Positions 47,179 through 60,232 of a stretch of DNA of 64,000 bases are shown piece by piece. Below the pieces are notes generated by a model that saw only the letters and a program-made list of their open reading frames with translations, had not been told where the DNA came from and did not search any database. Origin of the DNA: Azolla caroliniana (taxonomy: Eukaryota; Plantae; Polypodiophyta); the NCBI GenBank assembly GCA_043228905.1, contig JBHGNT010000016.1, forward strand, positions 12,338,001 to 12,402,000, given 5' to 3'. How positions within the stretch are numbered: the first letter of the stretch is position 1; every line of letters starts with the position of its first letter. The translations under genes were made by a program, and so were the position numbers.

Positions 47179-49404
47179 CGTAGTTCATCATCTTCTTCTC
47201 TGAGTGCCAGTCGGCAATTGTCCTGTCTTCCATGAAGACTATGTCCCGGCTCCGGAACACCTTCTTGTCGACTAGATCCCACACCCGGTAACTGAACTCA
47301 TCATCGCCGTATCCAAGGAATATGCATGGCCGGGACTTCAGATCCAGCTTTGCTCTCTTGTCCTTCGCCACATGCACGTAAGCGAGACATCCGAATACCT
47401 TTAGATGCCGGTAGGATACGTCCTTACCGGTCAATAGTCTTTGCAGTGTGTCTCCGTCCAAGGGTATTGAGGGTGATCTATTTATCACATAGGTCGTCGT
47501 CATCAGCGCCTCAGCCCAAAACGTCTTGGGTAACTTGGCATGTGCAAACATGCTCCGGACTCTCTCCATTATGGTCCCGTTTATCCATTCAGCCAGCTCG
47601 TTCAATTCCGGTGTCTTCAGGACGGTGAACTTGTGCTGGATTCCCTTCGACCGGTAGTACTCCTCGAACTGCCCCTGGTATTCTCCTCTGTTGTCCTCTC
47701 GAACCGCCTTCAACTTCCAGCCGGTTTCACTTTCCACTCTCACGTGGAGGTCCTTGAAGACGGATAGCACCTGATCCTTCATCTTCAACAGTGAGACCCA
47801 CAGCTTCCGGCTATGGTCATCTATGAATGTCACGAAGTACTGCGATCTGGCATGTGACTTCATGTCCACTTGACACACATCAGTATGCACCAGCTTCAGT
47901 GGTGCATTCCATCTCATCAGTGGTCTTGACTGGAAGGAGGTTCGGTTTTGTTTGCCGGCCAAGCAATCGGTGCACTTCTCAAGTTGCATGTCCTTCACTA
48001 GAATGAGATTGTCTTTGGCAAGTCTCTTCATCCCCTTCTGGCTCATATGACATAGTCTCTTGTGCCACAGCTCACCGGTTGTGTTGGATGCTACATTCAC
48101 TTCTTCTTGGCGTATCCGGGCATTCATCAAGTACAGTGTGTTGACCTTCCAGGATCGTGCCACTATTACGCTCCCTTTGCTGAACTTCATAACTCCGTTC
48201 CGGATGGTACCTATGTAGCCTTCATCATCAAGCCGACCGGCTGATATTAGGTTCAGTCGAACCTCCGGAACATGTCAGACATCCATCAACAGCAACTTGC
48301 ATCCGGTTGATGTCGTCAACAACACATCTTCTATGCCGACAATTCGGCATGTACCTTCATTCCCCATCCGAACACAACCATTATCACTAGCTAAGTAGGA
48401 TGAGAAGCATTTCCGATCCGGTGTCAGGTGGAACGACGCTCCGGAATGGACAACCTACGTTGTCTCGTTGCCGACAAGGTTTAACTCATTCTCCTCAGTA
48501 ATGAGCATTAGTTCCTCTTCACTTGTCGCAATCGCCAACGTTCCTTTCCGATCTGGGCCTCTCCATTCTGAACCGTTTTGGTTCGAACTCTTCTTTGAAT
48601 CGGTGGTGCCGGTTTCTTTCTCTTTCCGAAAATGCCGACAGTTCTTTTAGAAGTGCCCTGGCTTCCCACAGTAGAAGCAAGTAGGCCTCCCCCTTGACTT
48701 CGACCTCGTCCCCGACTTGTGCCGGTTTTGGGGACTCCAATACCAGCCTCTTCCCCGATAGTGGTCATCTTCCGTGACGAAGGCCTTCGGATCGGTTCCG
48801 GACTCCCGGTCCTTCCGGCGAGTTTCTTCATCTAGCAAGCTTGATTTTACCCTTGCTAGGGACAACTGCCTTCCTTCCAGCCTGGCGTTGCCCAACGTGA
48901 CAAGTAGCCTCTCCCAATTATCCGGGAGGGAACACAGCAGGATTAATGCGAGTACCTCATTGGCGAGAGGTACTTCCAACAAGGTGGCTTGGTGTAGCCC
49001 CTGGAAGGCATTCATTTGCTCCGCCATACTGGAGTCGTCTTGGTACCGAAGCCTCACTAGCTTCTAGAATACGGAAACTCGATTAACGGTATTCTTGTTC
49101 TGGAACATGATGTTGATCTTCTCCTAGCGTTCATGAGCCTTGCTCTCTTCGTTGAAGTTGTTGTACAGGCTCATGTCGATGAAGCACCGGATGTATCTCA
49201 TCATCTTCATGTGCATCACCTCTCACATTGTGGCGTCGATCTTATCCGGTCTCTTGTCCCCGAACTGAATCGGCAACAAAAGATCTTTAACCACCAGCAT
49301 ATCCCTCATCTTCGACTTCCACACTGAGTAGTTGGAGCCGGTGAGCTTGAACATGCCGTCAAACGATTCTTCCATTTCTTCTATTGTTCGCTCTGATACC
49401 AGAT

Positions 49405-49936
49405 TGTGAGGAATAGCGCGGAATACTGCTCGGCCACAATCGAGTCTTGAATCACTTCAATGAGAAGGAAAACACAGAAATGGGAAATAGAGAGTACACA
49501 GGATGTTTACGTGGAAAGCCCTGAATGGGAAAAAACCACGGGAGCCCACAGACTCCAACTATCACTATGAAGAAAAAAAAGGTACAATTAGAGACTCAGA
49601 GGCAACGACCTCGAGCTCTGTTTCTTTGCCAAGCGGCAGCTACAACAAAGTATCACTCTGTATCTCTCTCTCTCTCTATGCAACAGATATCCACATACAA
49701 CAATATGACAACAACACATCTAAGTGATTTCCCTAAGTCATATTTATACTTATATGAACTTAGGGCTATTTACAAATATAGCCTCAATAGGCTTACTCAA
49801 AAACATATTCACAAATATGTCTTCTCTTCCGGTTCTCACCGGGTTCATCCGATCCGGTTTCCGGATCTCTTCCGGTTCTCACCAAGCCCTCTTTATTCAT
49901 AACCAGATCCTATCTAGAGGGACCAATTTCCCAACA
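49405..49936 (-). repeat. 5' LTR of Copia-D
   Basis: Homologous to 17400-17650 + 19931-20155 and adjacent to the PBS. Confidence 0.92.
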
Positions 49937-50569
49937 TCTTTCTCTATTTATGTCTCTGGGTGGTGTCATTCTCTCGCCTCCACTCTCGCAAATCTACTTT
50001 TGTCTCCAAGCCCATGTGCTCCTCTTCTAGAATCCGGCACCAGAAACGGATCAGATACAGGTTTTACGAGCCCCTGTGCTCCTTAGTCCAAGGCCCCGGT
50101 GGTCCCGCCCGATTCAACACGTACACGCGGACATCCATCACACCGTTCTGTCGTCTCATGAACTTTGGTATCATCCTTCAGGTCTTCAAAAAAATGTTGT
50201 GTATGTATTCTTCCTCTCGTTGAGTGTGTGTGTAGTCTTGGATTTTCAAAATTTCGGTGATGCCCTTCAATTTTTAAAATTCTTCATTTGTCCTTAGAAA
50301 ATTAATCATATGCCCTCGTGTATCCGAAATTGCCTCAAATGCCCCTCTTGTTTTCTTTCGTTTTTGTCTCTTTTTTTGCCTCCTCTCTATCTCTTCCCAC
50401 ATAATAATCCTTGTCACCATCTCATTCCTTTAGATAGTCTCAATCATGACCCAAATCGCTATCTCTATCTTTATGTCTTTTTCTCTCATTTTGTATTCTC
50501 GTTTTCTTCGTTCTTTCTCTTCTTCCTGTTGGTCATGCCTATCTGTTTGTGTTTGTTTCTGCTTTCTTC

Positions 50570-51192
50570 AGACAACCAACATCTTCACAAATCCCTAGGA
50601 GTCGATAAGTTTGGGCAATTCACATCAGACCTTGGATTTACGACCGCTAACATGCCAAGCTTGAGGGGGAGTAACAGAGAGAGAACCCAACACCATCCGA
50701 ACCGGATACCAACGGAGACGACATTGAAAGACAGTTGACGGCCAAAAGCCAACTAATGTTGAAAGTTGAGCTTGACGGGGCATGTTGAGAATCAAGCTCA
50801 ACCTATCCTAGTGTGTAAACACACTAGAGAATTACACGCCACCACTATGTAATATAACTAATGTGTCATAGGAGTTACATTCTATGATACATTATTAATG
50901 AGTCTTGTAACATAACTCATGTGTCATAAGAGTTACATTCTATGACACATAGTTAATGAGATTCCCCACTCCCCAAGGTTCTAGAGAGTGAGTGAGTGGT
51001 TTGTAAGTGTCAATTAATCTCCCTTGTAGTGCTCATTATCTCTGTGTAGTTGCTCTCTACTTCTTGTTAATATACATCTTGAGTATTTCATTTTCCTATC
51101 TAGCTTGTGTCTCTCCTCTCTCCTCTTTCACACACACATAACACACATCTCTAATCTATTCCGCTACACATAATCACATTCGATTCTTTGCA
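50570..51192 (+). mobile_element. Copia 3' remnant (Copia-H): RNase H end plus LTR 50783-51192, same group as Copia-A/B
   Basis: QTTNIFTNPLGVDK-like RH tail; CTTGAGGGGGAG; LTR TGTTGAGAATCAAGCTCAAC...GATTCTTTGCA with an internal ~59-bp duplication. Confidence 0.8.
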
Positions 51193-52401
51193 TATATAAT
51201 GAATACAAACATGTTCACATGCTTGTAGTGTCACCTATTTATTTCAATCTATTTAAATGGGTTTTAACAAGTGCTTTATCTTGTATTTTAATTCCTAGAG
51301 ACATCGATATCAAAAAACAAGACATAGAGGCTTATCAATCCGTTATTCAACTGAAAAATTGCAAGTTCAAATTGGGTTCTTCAAAAGAAGACCATTGCTA
51401 ATGGAAAGATCATCTCCTTTAAAGTTTGACTCAATATATGATAATGTACTCAAATGCTTTGACATGTTAACTTGTAAGCCAATCTCCACACCTATGTTAA
51501 CTCCATTTAAGTTATCAATAAAAGATGCCCCATGAGCTATCTTTGTGAAGTGATGCTTGATGCTTGATATTCAGTCATGTATAAAGCTAGCTTGTAATTT
51601 GAAAATATGTGATAAATCCTAAATGTCTCCTTCAAAATAATTTCATGACAAACTTAGACAAAGAAAAGAAGTTGGATTTTAGTACACATCCTCAAAACTA
51701 AAAGTGGGCCAATTTTCTCATAAAGCAAGTACCACATGCCAAGCATAACACGTTCTTAAAATATCAGTTTAAGAATAGCTAGGTGGTTATGTAATATATT
51801 GAACAATTGAGACCAATTCTACCTAAATGTAGTTTGCTTTAAATTTTCAACATATTTACATAGATGTTGATTTCTACATATTTTCAATATAATTTGGTCA
51901 ACGCACATCCTTATAAGAATTCAATAGATGTTAAACATGAATTTGAGATTTTGAAAATATGGAAATAATCAATAATTCCACTTCTATTATTCATCCTCTC
52001 TTTTGTATTTAATCCATCCCGCTCTTGTCTTGGTTAGAATGTAGATAACATCCTAGCATAGCCTAAATTCATATTTTTTGTTTTGCAAATTCAACTACAT
52101 CTCATTAGGAAGAATACCTAATAAGAGTGTTGATCAACATTGCATTTTTCAAAGCAAAATATCTTTCCATTAGTTAAAAAAGTCATAACAGCTACAACAT
52201 ACAAAATATTTTTTCCCAACCCGTCTTGTGTAATACAATGGTTGAGGAAACAAATCTATGTACTCCAGATTCGAGGAAAACAGTTAACTAATTTGGAAGC
52301 CATTCCATAGACACATTTCATTTTAATTTGTGTTCATTATAGTTTTATTTATTTTTAACTATGTTAGGAAGACCAAGTCCTATTCGGCCCTACAACCCTA
52401 C

Positions 52402-52677
52402 ATCATAACTCCTTATAGCCGATCTGGCTTCTTGTTGAGCTTGCCTTCTCAACACCACCTGAATGTTACCCTATATAGATACTCTCTTTTCGTATCATAA
52501 CTGCTTATAGCCGATCTGGCTTCTTGTTGAGCTTGCCTTCTCAACACCACCTGAATGTTACCCTATATAGATACTCTCTTTTCGTATCATAACTTATTAT
52601 AGCCGATCTGGCTTCTTGTTGAGCTTGCCTTCTCAACACCACCTGAATGTTACCCTATATAGATACTCTCTTTTCGT
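52402..52677. repeat. Tandem repeat, 3 x 92 bp
   Basis: Unit ATCATAAC...TTATAGCCGATCTGGCTTCTTGTTGAGCTTGCC...CTTTTCGT starts at 52402, 52494 and 52586. Confidence 0.95.
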
Positions 52678-52816
52678 GTTATTGTAATTAGCTTACCCTA
52701 GTGGTAAGTCATTTACACTACTAGCACTACATCTTGGGTTCAAAAGAAACCCAATTTTCTCACCTCTCTATTACTCCATAGATATCTCTAATTTCACTAG
52801 ATGCCACTATGGAATG

Positions 52817-52880
52817 TAGGGGTTGAACCCATGACCACCTGGTCTCCATTGGGCAACCTTACCAACTGAGCTACATCCAT
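52817..52880 (-). mobile_element. tRNA-derived SINE-like head
   Basis: Minus-strand A box TAGCTCAGTTGG and B box GGTTCAACCC at tRNA-like spacing; no full cloverleaf. Confidence 0.5.
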
Positions 52881-54340
52881 CTAGGTTATTCAATATATTT
52901 ATTAATATTATTAAACATTAGTAATTCATAATGTGATTATTGATAAGCGTAGAGATAAACATTGTCATATATATAGCAATGGATGATTCAAACTACAAAT
53001 GTCGTACTCATTTCATAAACAATGCTAAGTACTTAAACGTAATATGTATAATCATCTTACTAATGACAACATTTAGAGTTATATGCTAATATGTATTCTT
53101 AGAAATATCACTAATGCATGTGCATCATCCCAAGGGTTGATTGATTTTGTTGATTGTGTGAGGGTCATCTACTTATTGACTAGGGATACAAAGATGATAT
53201 TCCTAAAATGGCAAGAGTTACTAGGACCAATCATACTGTGAGATCAAGACTCATAGATTAGTGATATATGGATATGACATAGATTATGTGAAGCTTTAAT
53301 TTTGTATTGAACCAGTTGAGGGTTTGAACAACTTCCATATTTTGCATGGAGCAAACAAATATTTGTCTGAAATTGACATGATTGTTAAGAAACAACTCAT
53401 ATTGTTGTATTTGTTACATTAGCAATATAGTGGTCATTCTTCAATTCTTGGTTGCTATAGAATCACGATTTCAATAGAAAATGGAAGTTCAAATTGAGCT
53501 TGATTTTCTTAAATATGTTATGTGGGCGATCAAAACAGTAATACTTATGGTGGTAATATATTATTTTGACATACAACATCTACTTAGTCAAAACTCAACT
53601 TTCACACCTCTCTGATACACCAAACATATTTTCCTTACCTAGTGGTGAATTCAAGTTGACTTCAATTTTGTTAAACATGCCATATGCATAATCTAAACAC
53701 TAGGACAGATGTCGTAGATGATTTCAACATGCAATATCTGGTTATGTCAAGACTTGACTTTTTGCACCTCTATATTATATTTTTCTTACCGAGTGGTAAG
53801 TTGGTAGACTGCTTATCTTAGGGCTTGGGTTCAAAGCTCGACTACCATAATTCTAGTATTTTGGAAATAAACAAGCATAAGTTTGTGTTTTCCATAGGTT
53901 ATAGATATGGTTTTGAGAATAACTCAATGTTAAATGTTTGGCGGAAACTTAAATGATAGCATTTAAACTTTTCGTTTTTGGCTTGTGGTATGATTCAATG
54001 TGCAATTAATTTTGGTTTTCGTTTGTCTCCAGAAAAATAGAAGCTATGTGTATCCATTCCTACAATATATTTATCTTAGATTTACATTGTCACAATGAGA
54101 TGTACTGTGTCCAAGGATATATGATGTCCTTTGATTTACTTTAGAAAAGTATGGGGTTGGTGTAAGATATCATCTTTTTGGTTCTTAGAAAACCGGGTGT
54201 CCTTTGCACATTATTTTGTATACCATGTGGCCCCTCCATATAACCCTCGTAGTAATAGAGTTAAAAGAGTAAAAAGAGCATGAAATGGTGGTTGCTATAA
54301 AAAGTAGTGTTTGTCGTACTATGCAATCTCATTTTTATTT

Positions 54341-54653
54341 GGGAAAAGTACCACGATACCCCTGGAAGTTCATCTATTTACCAGAATGCCCCTAAAAGTT
54401 CCAAATTTATCAAATTACCCCTATGTCCACAAAATTACACTTTATAAAGTAATTATACACTCAAATCTTTGGTAAATAGGGCTAGTTCGGGTCCATTTCT
54501 TCCACCTTTGGTAAATAGGGCTTGTAGATTTGAGTATATAATTACTTTATAAAGTGTAATTTTTTGGACATAGGGGTAGTTTGGTAAATTTGGAACTTCC
54601 AGGGGCATTATGGTAAATAGACGAACTTCCAGGGGTATCCTGGTAATTTTCCC
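54341..54653. mobile_element. Mutator-type MITE (foldback)
   Basis: Long (~140 bp) TIRs GGGAAAAGTACC...GGTAATTTTCCC and a 9-bp [12 protein letters not shown] on both sides. Confidence 0.93.
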
Positions 54654-56639
54654 TTTTTATTTTGGCTTTATGTTTTGCATCAACACCCAAATTTCAATTT
54701 TCTTCGCTAAAGATTGGCCACCTACTCTTTCAAAGGAGGGGTATATACTCAAACTTTAACTTTCATTTACATGTCCAAACTTCGTTAAATTAGTAGAAAT
54801 AGCGTAGCCATCATTGATTGATCATACCCAAAAGGGAAATTTTGATGTTTTGGCACTTAACTTTTTATTGTGGCCATATAGGCATATTTTAGAACTACAA
54901 CATTTAAATGACATATTAATTCTTGCACACAATGCATTTCCTAACATCACCCTTTTCATCTCTTACATTAACTCTACTATTGGGAGGAGTCTAATGCTCT
55001 CATTTTTCTTCATGTATGTCGTGTTCATCCATGTACATACGCAATGGCCTTGATCACCTTGTATGTGAATGCTCATATTTAAAAATGATTTTTATGACTT
55101 GTTTGTGGTGATGAGCCATAACTTTGTGTTTATGTCAGTAGTTAAAAAGATATAGATGGAGAGTTCTAGTATTATATGAAGTTAGAAATTCGCAATCATA
55201 ATATTGTTAGTTTACCTGTTCTCATTATTATTTACCATCCATATTATTTAATTTCATTCCACTTGGAACTGCAAATCAAAGCATTTACATGTTTTCCAAT
55301 TTTACTTTGAGAACTTTTTTTATGCAAATAAGGCATGGGATTAATGAATCTATTCAATGTATTGCTGACATTATTTGTTAGAAAGCCCTTGAATGCCATA
55401 TAAATATGAATTGCTTGTGGTGTTGCACAAATAGGCTAGAAAACAAACTGATTAGCGCAATCCATTTCCACTTCATCAAATCACGAGCAATCGTGACTCT
55501 TGATGTGTATAGAAAACTTAGTGTTAACTACAACATGCACGTAGATATGTTAAAAGCCAATACAATCCAAAGGGCCTAATTACCTGATCTTTCCTATTGA
55601 TTGGATGATTTGAAAATGATAGATATGTTTAAAGAAAGTAGATACAACATGAAATAAAAAAACGATCTCAAACTTGTCTTGGATCACTATTTTATTCACT
55701 GTTGTATTGAATTGTGTCATTATGCTTTGTGCATGAGAGAAGAACTTCCGCGTCTTACTTTGAAAAATGTGGCGATAAAAAATGTGTGGTTGGATGTGCC
55801 TTGAAATTTCTTGCTGTATGATGTGATTGTGGTATTACTCCAAATTGCTATGTGTGTCGCTAATGAGATTTCGAGGGGCTAGCATGAGATCGACATATTC
55901 GACACCAACCTTCGAATAGTTCTTGCTCATTGTGCAATCCTAATATCCTCTTGGATAATCTCTTTTAACCAACAATACATAATTGACAACATGTGACAAA
56001 AAGAATGAACTTCAGGTCGAATGAAAGTTCCAACACCAACCAATTGTGTCTAAGAGTTTCGTGGATGGAGACCTAAGACATGGGTGTGCATACTTTTAAC
56101 CTACCCATGTTAGTATGTTATGCATGCATTTAACTCTAAATATATTCTACATATACCTCATAGAATGGCTTTCAAACTTGGGCGTTTATGATAGTGGAGT
56201 TGGGCATGATCAACTAGGAGTCCTACTTAAATTGAGAGCAAGAATAGACGGAGTGGCCTTGTGATATGCATTTCTAAGATTTGAGTCCTCATATTACAAA
56301 TTCTCCTTTTCATAAAAATGCATAAACTTGCCTTCCATTATAAATACATGATCAGGCCATCCCAATGCAAAACAAACCCTTCAAACATTTATGTTCATGA
56401 GCTAATCCATTGTGATTACAAGACATCTTGTCATTGGCAATTTCATCTCCAATTCTAAATGGACACAACCAATCACTACTAGGAAAACCTGCATATTATA
56501 TATATTATATATTTCTTATTAGTCCATATCAAAGTGATCAAAGTTAATGTTTAAAATCTAATTGACATTGTAGTATGCCAAACTTCATTTGAGAATTGCT
56601 TTGTACACATCGTTGGTATGGAAGGGTGAAATAACTCTT

Positions 56640-57230
56640 TCGCAAAATTATTCTAGAGTAAGGTCATTTTCGTTTTATTTAATGGGAATCTTTATGGGTG
56701 TAGATAAAGGACAAGCAACCTTTTTCGGTTTAGGGTGTACTCATGCAAGTTGTTGACTCAATGATTTTACTTCATAATTGAACACTGGTATCCTTCAATA
56801 CACGTTGTCTCTAAATGTCAATAAAGGTATGGAACACAAATAAACCCGTGAGAACTGACTCCAAGTAAGATAATCTTTAAGTGACATCACTACAGTTTAG
56901 ATATAGCTTATCTTCATGATGGTATGGGCAATATATTTGATCTTTTGTGATTGCCACCTCATTTAGACTAGAAGACATTCTCTTATAATTTATGGGGCAC
57001 TCATTTTAGCATGAGATCCTAAGAGTAGCAACATGTAGCTTACAGTAGAACCATGCTTGATGCCATGTCCTTAAATGTGGCGTTGTCCTAACATAAGTTA
57101 CGACATACACCATGTAAGCATTAGGCCAATTCCAACGCTTTATAAAAGGTTAAAGGCACGACATCTTCAAGATGTACTTTACATCAACGCATTAATTGAA
57201 ATGAATCCAAATAGCACGAGATATTAGTAT
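56640..57230 (-). pseudogene. Possible highly decayed MULE-type transposase relic
   Basis: Scattered minus-strand peptides (DVKYIL, WHQAW, ETTCIEGYQCSIMK) resemble MULE DDE motifs in the expected order. The signal is weak. Confidence 0.3.
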
Positions 57231-57805
57231 CTAAGGTGTGGGGACCCTAGAAAGATTCAAAACAGGAAGGACTCCTTGATTGTTGGGCACTAGAGAAAGA
57301 GAGGTGATCAACCTAAAGTAACAATACTTAAGATGCCAAATGTTTTGGTATGTATACAGTATACATATATGTATATGTTATTTTGAAATTGGTTGGCACA
57401 AGGTTGGCCATCAAGTAGGATCCCATTTTCTGTTAGAAAACTTAAAACTCTTATAAGCGTAACATCTTGTTGGAATGTCGTTTTTTTGTTTTGAATGCTT
57501 TCGACATTAAAATTACAATATTTGAAGGGCTGCCATCTAATGGGTTTTAGTTATGTGTGTTACATTAGGCATCACCACGCTTTTGTCATTGCTGGGGCAC
57601 ATGTCATTGCAAGGACAGGGAGAAAGGGAGAGCGGGGTAAAGGAACTGATGGATATTTGAGGGGTATCACTCATCAAGATGCTCGGCATTGGTGGAGATG
57701 GACGGCCCGGGGTATGGGGGGCCCGCCCCCTCCGTAATGGGATTGTATTGAGTAGGACACACATACCCCCAAAGGAAGACAAAAGTCTAGGACACAAGAG
57801 AGACA

Positions 57806-57821
57806 ACGTGGCACATCCAAT
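57806..57821 (+). promoter_or_regulatory. ACGT-core (G-box/ABRE-like ACGTGGC) plus CCAAT box upstream of the BBX gene
   Basis: AACGTGGCACATCCAATCAC lies about 260 bp upstream of the ATG. Motif match only. Confidence 0.4.
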
Positions 57822-58068
57822 CACAAAGGATGGGGTAATTTATGTTTGTCCTCTCCAAGCCTTTTAATGCAAGTTGCTCTCATCCACTTTTATTTTTATT
57901 TTTAGGGGCCTCCAATCCAAATCCCCCCTTCCTCATCATGGGCTGGCTGGCTATCTATTGTTTATTTCCAACTCTCTCTAGCTAGTGAGGAAGGAAGGAA
58001 GGAACTTGGAAGTAAGTAAGGAAGGAAGAGAAGAAGAGGAAGTACCACCACAATTAAGCACAACCCAG

Positions 58069-59313
58069 ATGAAGTTGTTGTGCGATGTGTGCGAGGTGGC
58101 GGTGGCCACCGCGTTTTGCTGTGCTGATGAGGCTGCGCTGTGTGAGTCGTGCGACGGGCGCATTCACGCAGCCAACAAGCTAGCGGGCCGGCACCAGCGC
58201 GTCCCGCTCATGCCCGACCACCCCGACCACGAGCCGGCACCCTCGTGCGACATTTGCCAGGTATGTGTAGTATGTATGATTGCACATTGCTATAACAATA
58301 ATGTTCCACACTAGGATGTGGGTAGTAGTGATTCTCATGGGGTTTTGTTTTATTGGGGTATTTTTTTCCGGGGTGGTGGTCGTAGGATCGATCGGCGCTC
58401 TTCTTCTGCGTGGAGGATCGCGCGCTGCTTTGCCGGGACTGCGACTCGTCGGTACACGGCGCGAATGCATTAGCCGGCAAGCATAAGAGGATTTTGCTGC
58501 TCCCTCGGGTCCGAATCGGGGGTGTTTCTTCTTCTTCTTCTTCTTCTCCTCCTCCTCCTCTGCCGCCTCGTCCATCCGATTCCGATTCGGACCACCTCCA
58601 GCGGAAACTTGCCATGGATATTGACAGCGCCACCACCAGTCTGATGGAGGAGGAGCAGAAGAAGAAGAAGGAGAAGAAGAGCTTCCTTCTATCCAATGTG
58701 CCCCTTCTCAGATCCATACCCCATCTCTCCATCCAAAGGCTCTCCTCAGGCTCCATCTCCTTCATCGCTCCTGTTCTCAGCTCGCTGCAGGTCCCCTCAC
58801 TCTACAACCACAACCACAACCACAGCCACAACCAGACGGCCATCACCATCAACAACAACAACATCTCCCATGGCAATAATAAGGAGGAGCTCCAGCAGAG
58901 ATTCATTCTTCCTCTTTCTCCTTCTCCTTCTCCTTCTGCTTCTCCTCCTGCTTCTCCTCCTGCTGCACTTCCTCACAAGGCCCAGCAGGAGGTCCCTGAC
59001 TACCTGGTGACAGGCGGTTCCCTCCCCGACTGGAAGCTCGATGAAATGCTAACCGATCTGGCTGAGGTCTGTGACCGCGGCCAACTACTGCACCCCTATG
59101 ACCACAGGCCCAAGGTAGCTGCCTCTACCTTCTTCTACTCTAACCCTACTCCATAACTCTCTCTCTTTCCATCCCCATTTCTTCCTAGCTACTACCTCCA
59201 TCGCCCTGCTCTGCTCTCTTCACACCAACGGGTATGTATGTACAGTTATCATGTTCTCGCATTCGTGTGTCTCACGAATCCCCCCCCCCCCCCACTCTCC
59301 TCATTCGCATTCG

Positions 59314-59349
<36 letters not shown>

Positions 59350-60232
59350 CTGTCCAAATTTCTGTATGTCTGTCATGTGTTATGTGTATATGTGTCTATA
59401 ATGAATGCATGAACATGTTTTGGTGCACATCCCATGCATGGGCCATGCTACCTTACTTATCATCATGGTACATACTAGTCTTCTTCAAGAGAGGCATTCA
59501 CATGTCCTCACTGGCTAGGCATACATACATAAATACATACATACATATGTGGATGGGGTCAAGGTGCTATTAGGTAACCCGGAACTCTTAGAAATTAATA
59601 TAACATATGATGCCTTTGGTAGATGGGAATCTTTTTGTAGATGGGAATCTGTATGTACATGATCCGATTGTCCCTCCTTTGTTCACCTAATTTCCCTTGT
59701 TCTTCCCTAGGTATGCTGAGGTGAATGCTTCTTTGTAACGAAATGTACATGGAACGATTGAGGCTTGTATGTATGTGATCGATAATGATTGCATTGTCTT
59801 GCCCCCTCTCTTCAATACTCAAATGGATGAATGCCATTAGGTTTTGTATGCCATTTCCTAGATTTTTTGCCCTGATGAGATTGGATGAATGGAGAGACCC
59901 CCCTTCGAGATGAGGTGGATGGAGAAACCCAATGAAATATGTCTTAATTCCATCTACATTATGTGGTGCAGGAGGATAGTGATTGTGACATTGGTCTTGG
60001 TTTAGATGAACATGAGCAAGAATGGTTTGCAAAACTTGATTTCCTCAAGGAAGAAATGTGTCGTTCACAAGGCATCGCTGAGGTTCCTGATATTCAATCC
60101 TCTCTTCCGTTTGAGCATGAATTTGGGTTTGAAAAACCAGACGAGGCACATATTGTTCCAGATATAGAGGGATATATGTCTTCTCCAACTATCAAATTAT
60201 CTTGCATGCAAAAGAAGCGTAGAATTTGGTGA
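58069..60232 (+). CDS. BBX: Double B-box zinc-finger protein, structural group IV BBX (BBX21/22/24-like); exons 58069-58260, 58386-59114, 59972-60232; ~393 aa
   Basis: B-box1 MKLLCDVCE...[28 protein letters not shown]; B-box2 CDICQ|[20 protein letters not shown]...H...H. GT-AG phase-0 introns; WKLDEML motif; VPDI motifs; C-terminal KKRR NLS; no CCT domain. Confidence 0.93.

Larger units (their letters stand above)
17400..49936 (-). mobile_element. Copia-D (Tnt1/Tork-like), host of multiple nested insertions
   Basis: 5' LTR 49405-49936; PBS (TGGTATCAGAGC on minus) 49390-49401; gag/PR/IN 47184-49375; linker/RT start 41732-42100; RT/RH 20166-21491; PPT 20156-20170; 3' LTR 17400-20155 split by a LINE. 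The coding sequence rejoins across TSDs TCCAC and (T/C)GTAG. A TSD for Copia-D itself is not recognisable. Confidence 0.85.

Noticed and set aside
52402-52677. CRISPR-like array
   Set aside because: The units are contiguous 92-bp repeats with no unique spacers, there are no cas genes, and the context is eukaryotic.
55200-56500. Possible decayed gene or transposase in AT-rich DNA
   Set aside because: No ORF or motif could be read with confidence.
57985-58068. N-terminal extension of BBX from the upstream GTG
   Set aside because: Group IV BBX proteins start at MK(I/L)xCDVC; the purine-rich upstream stretch is more likely 5' UTR.
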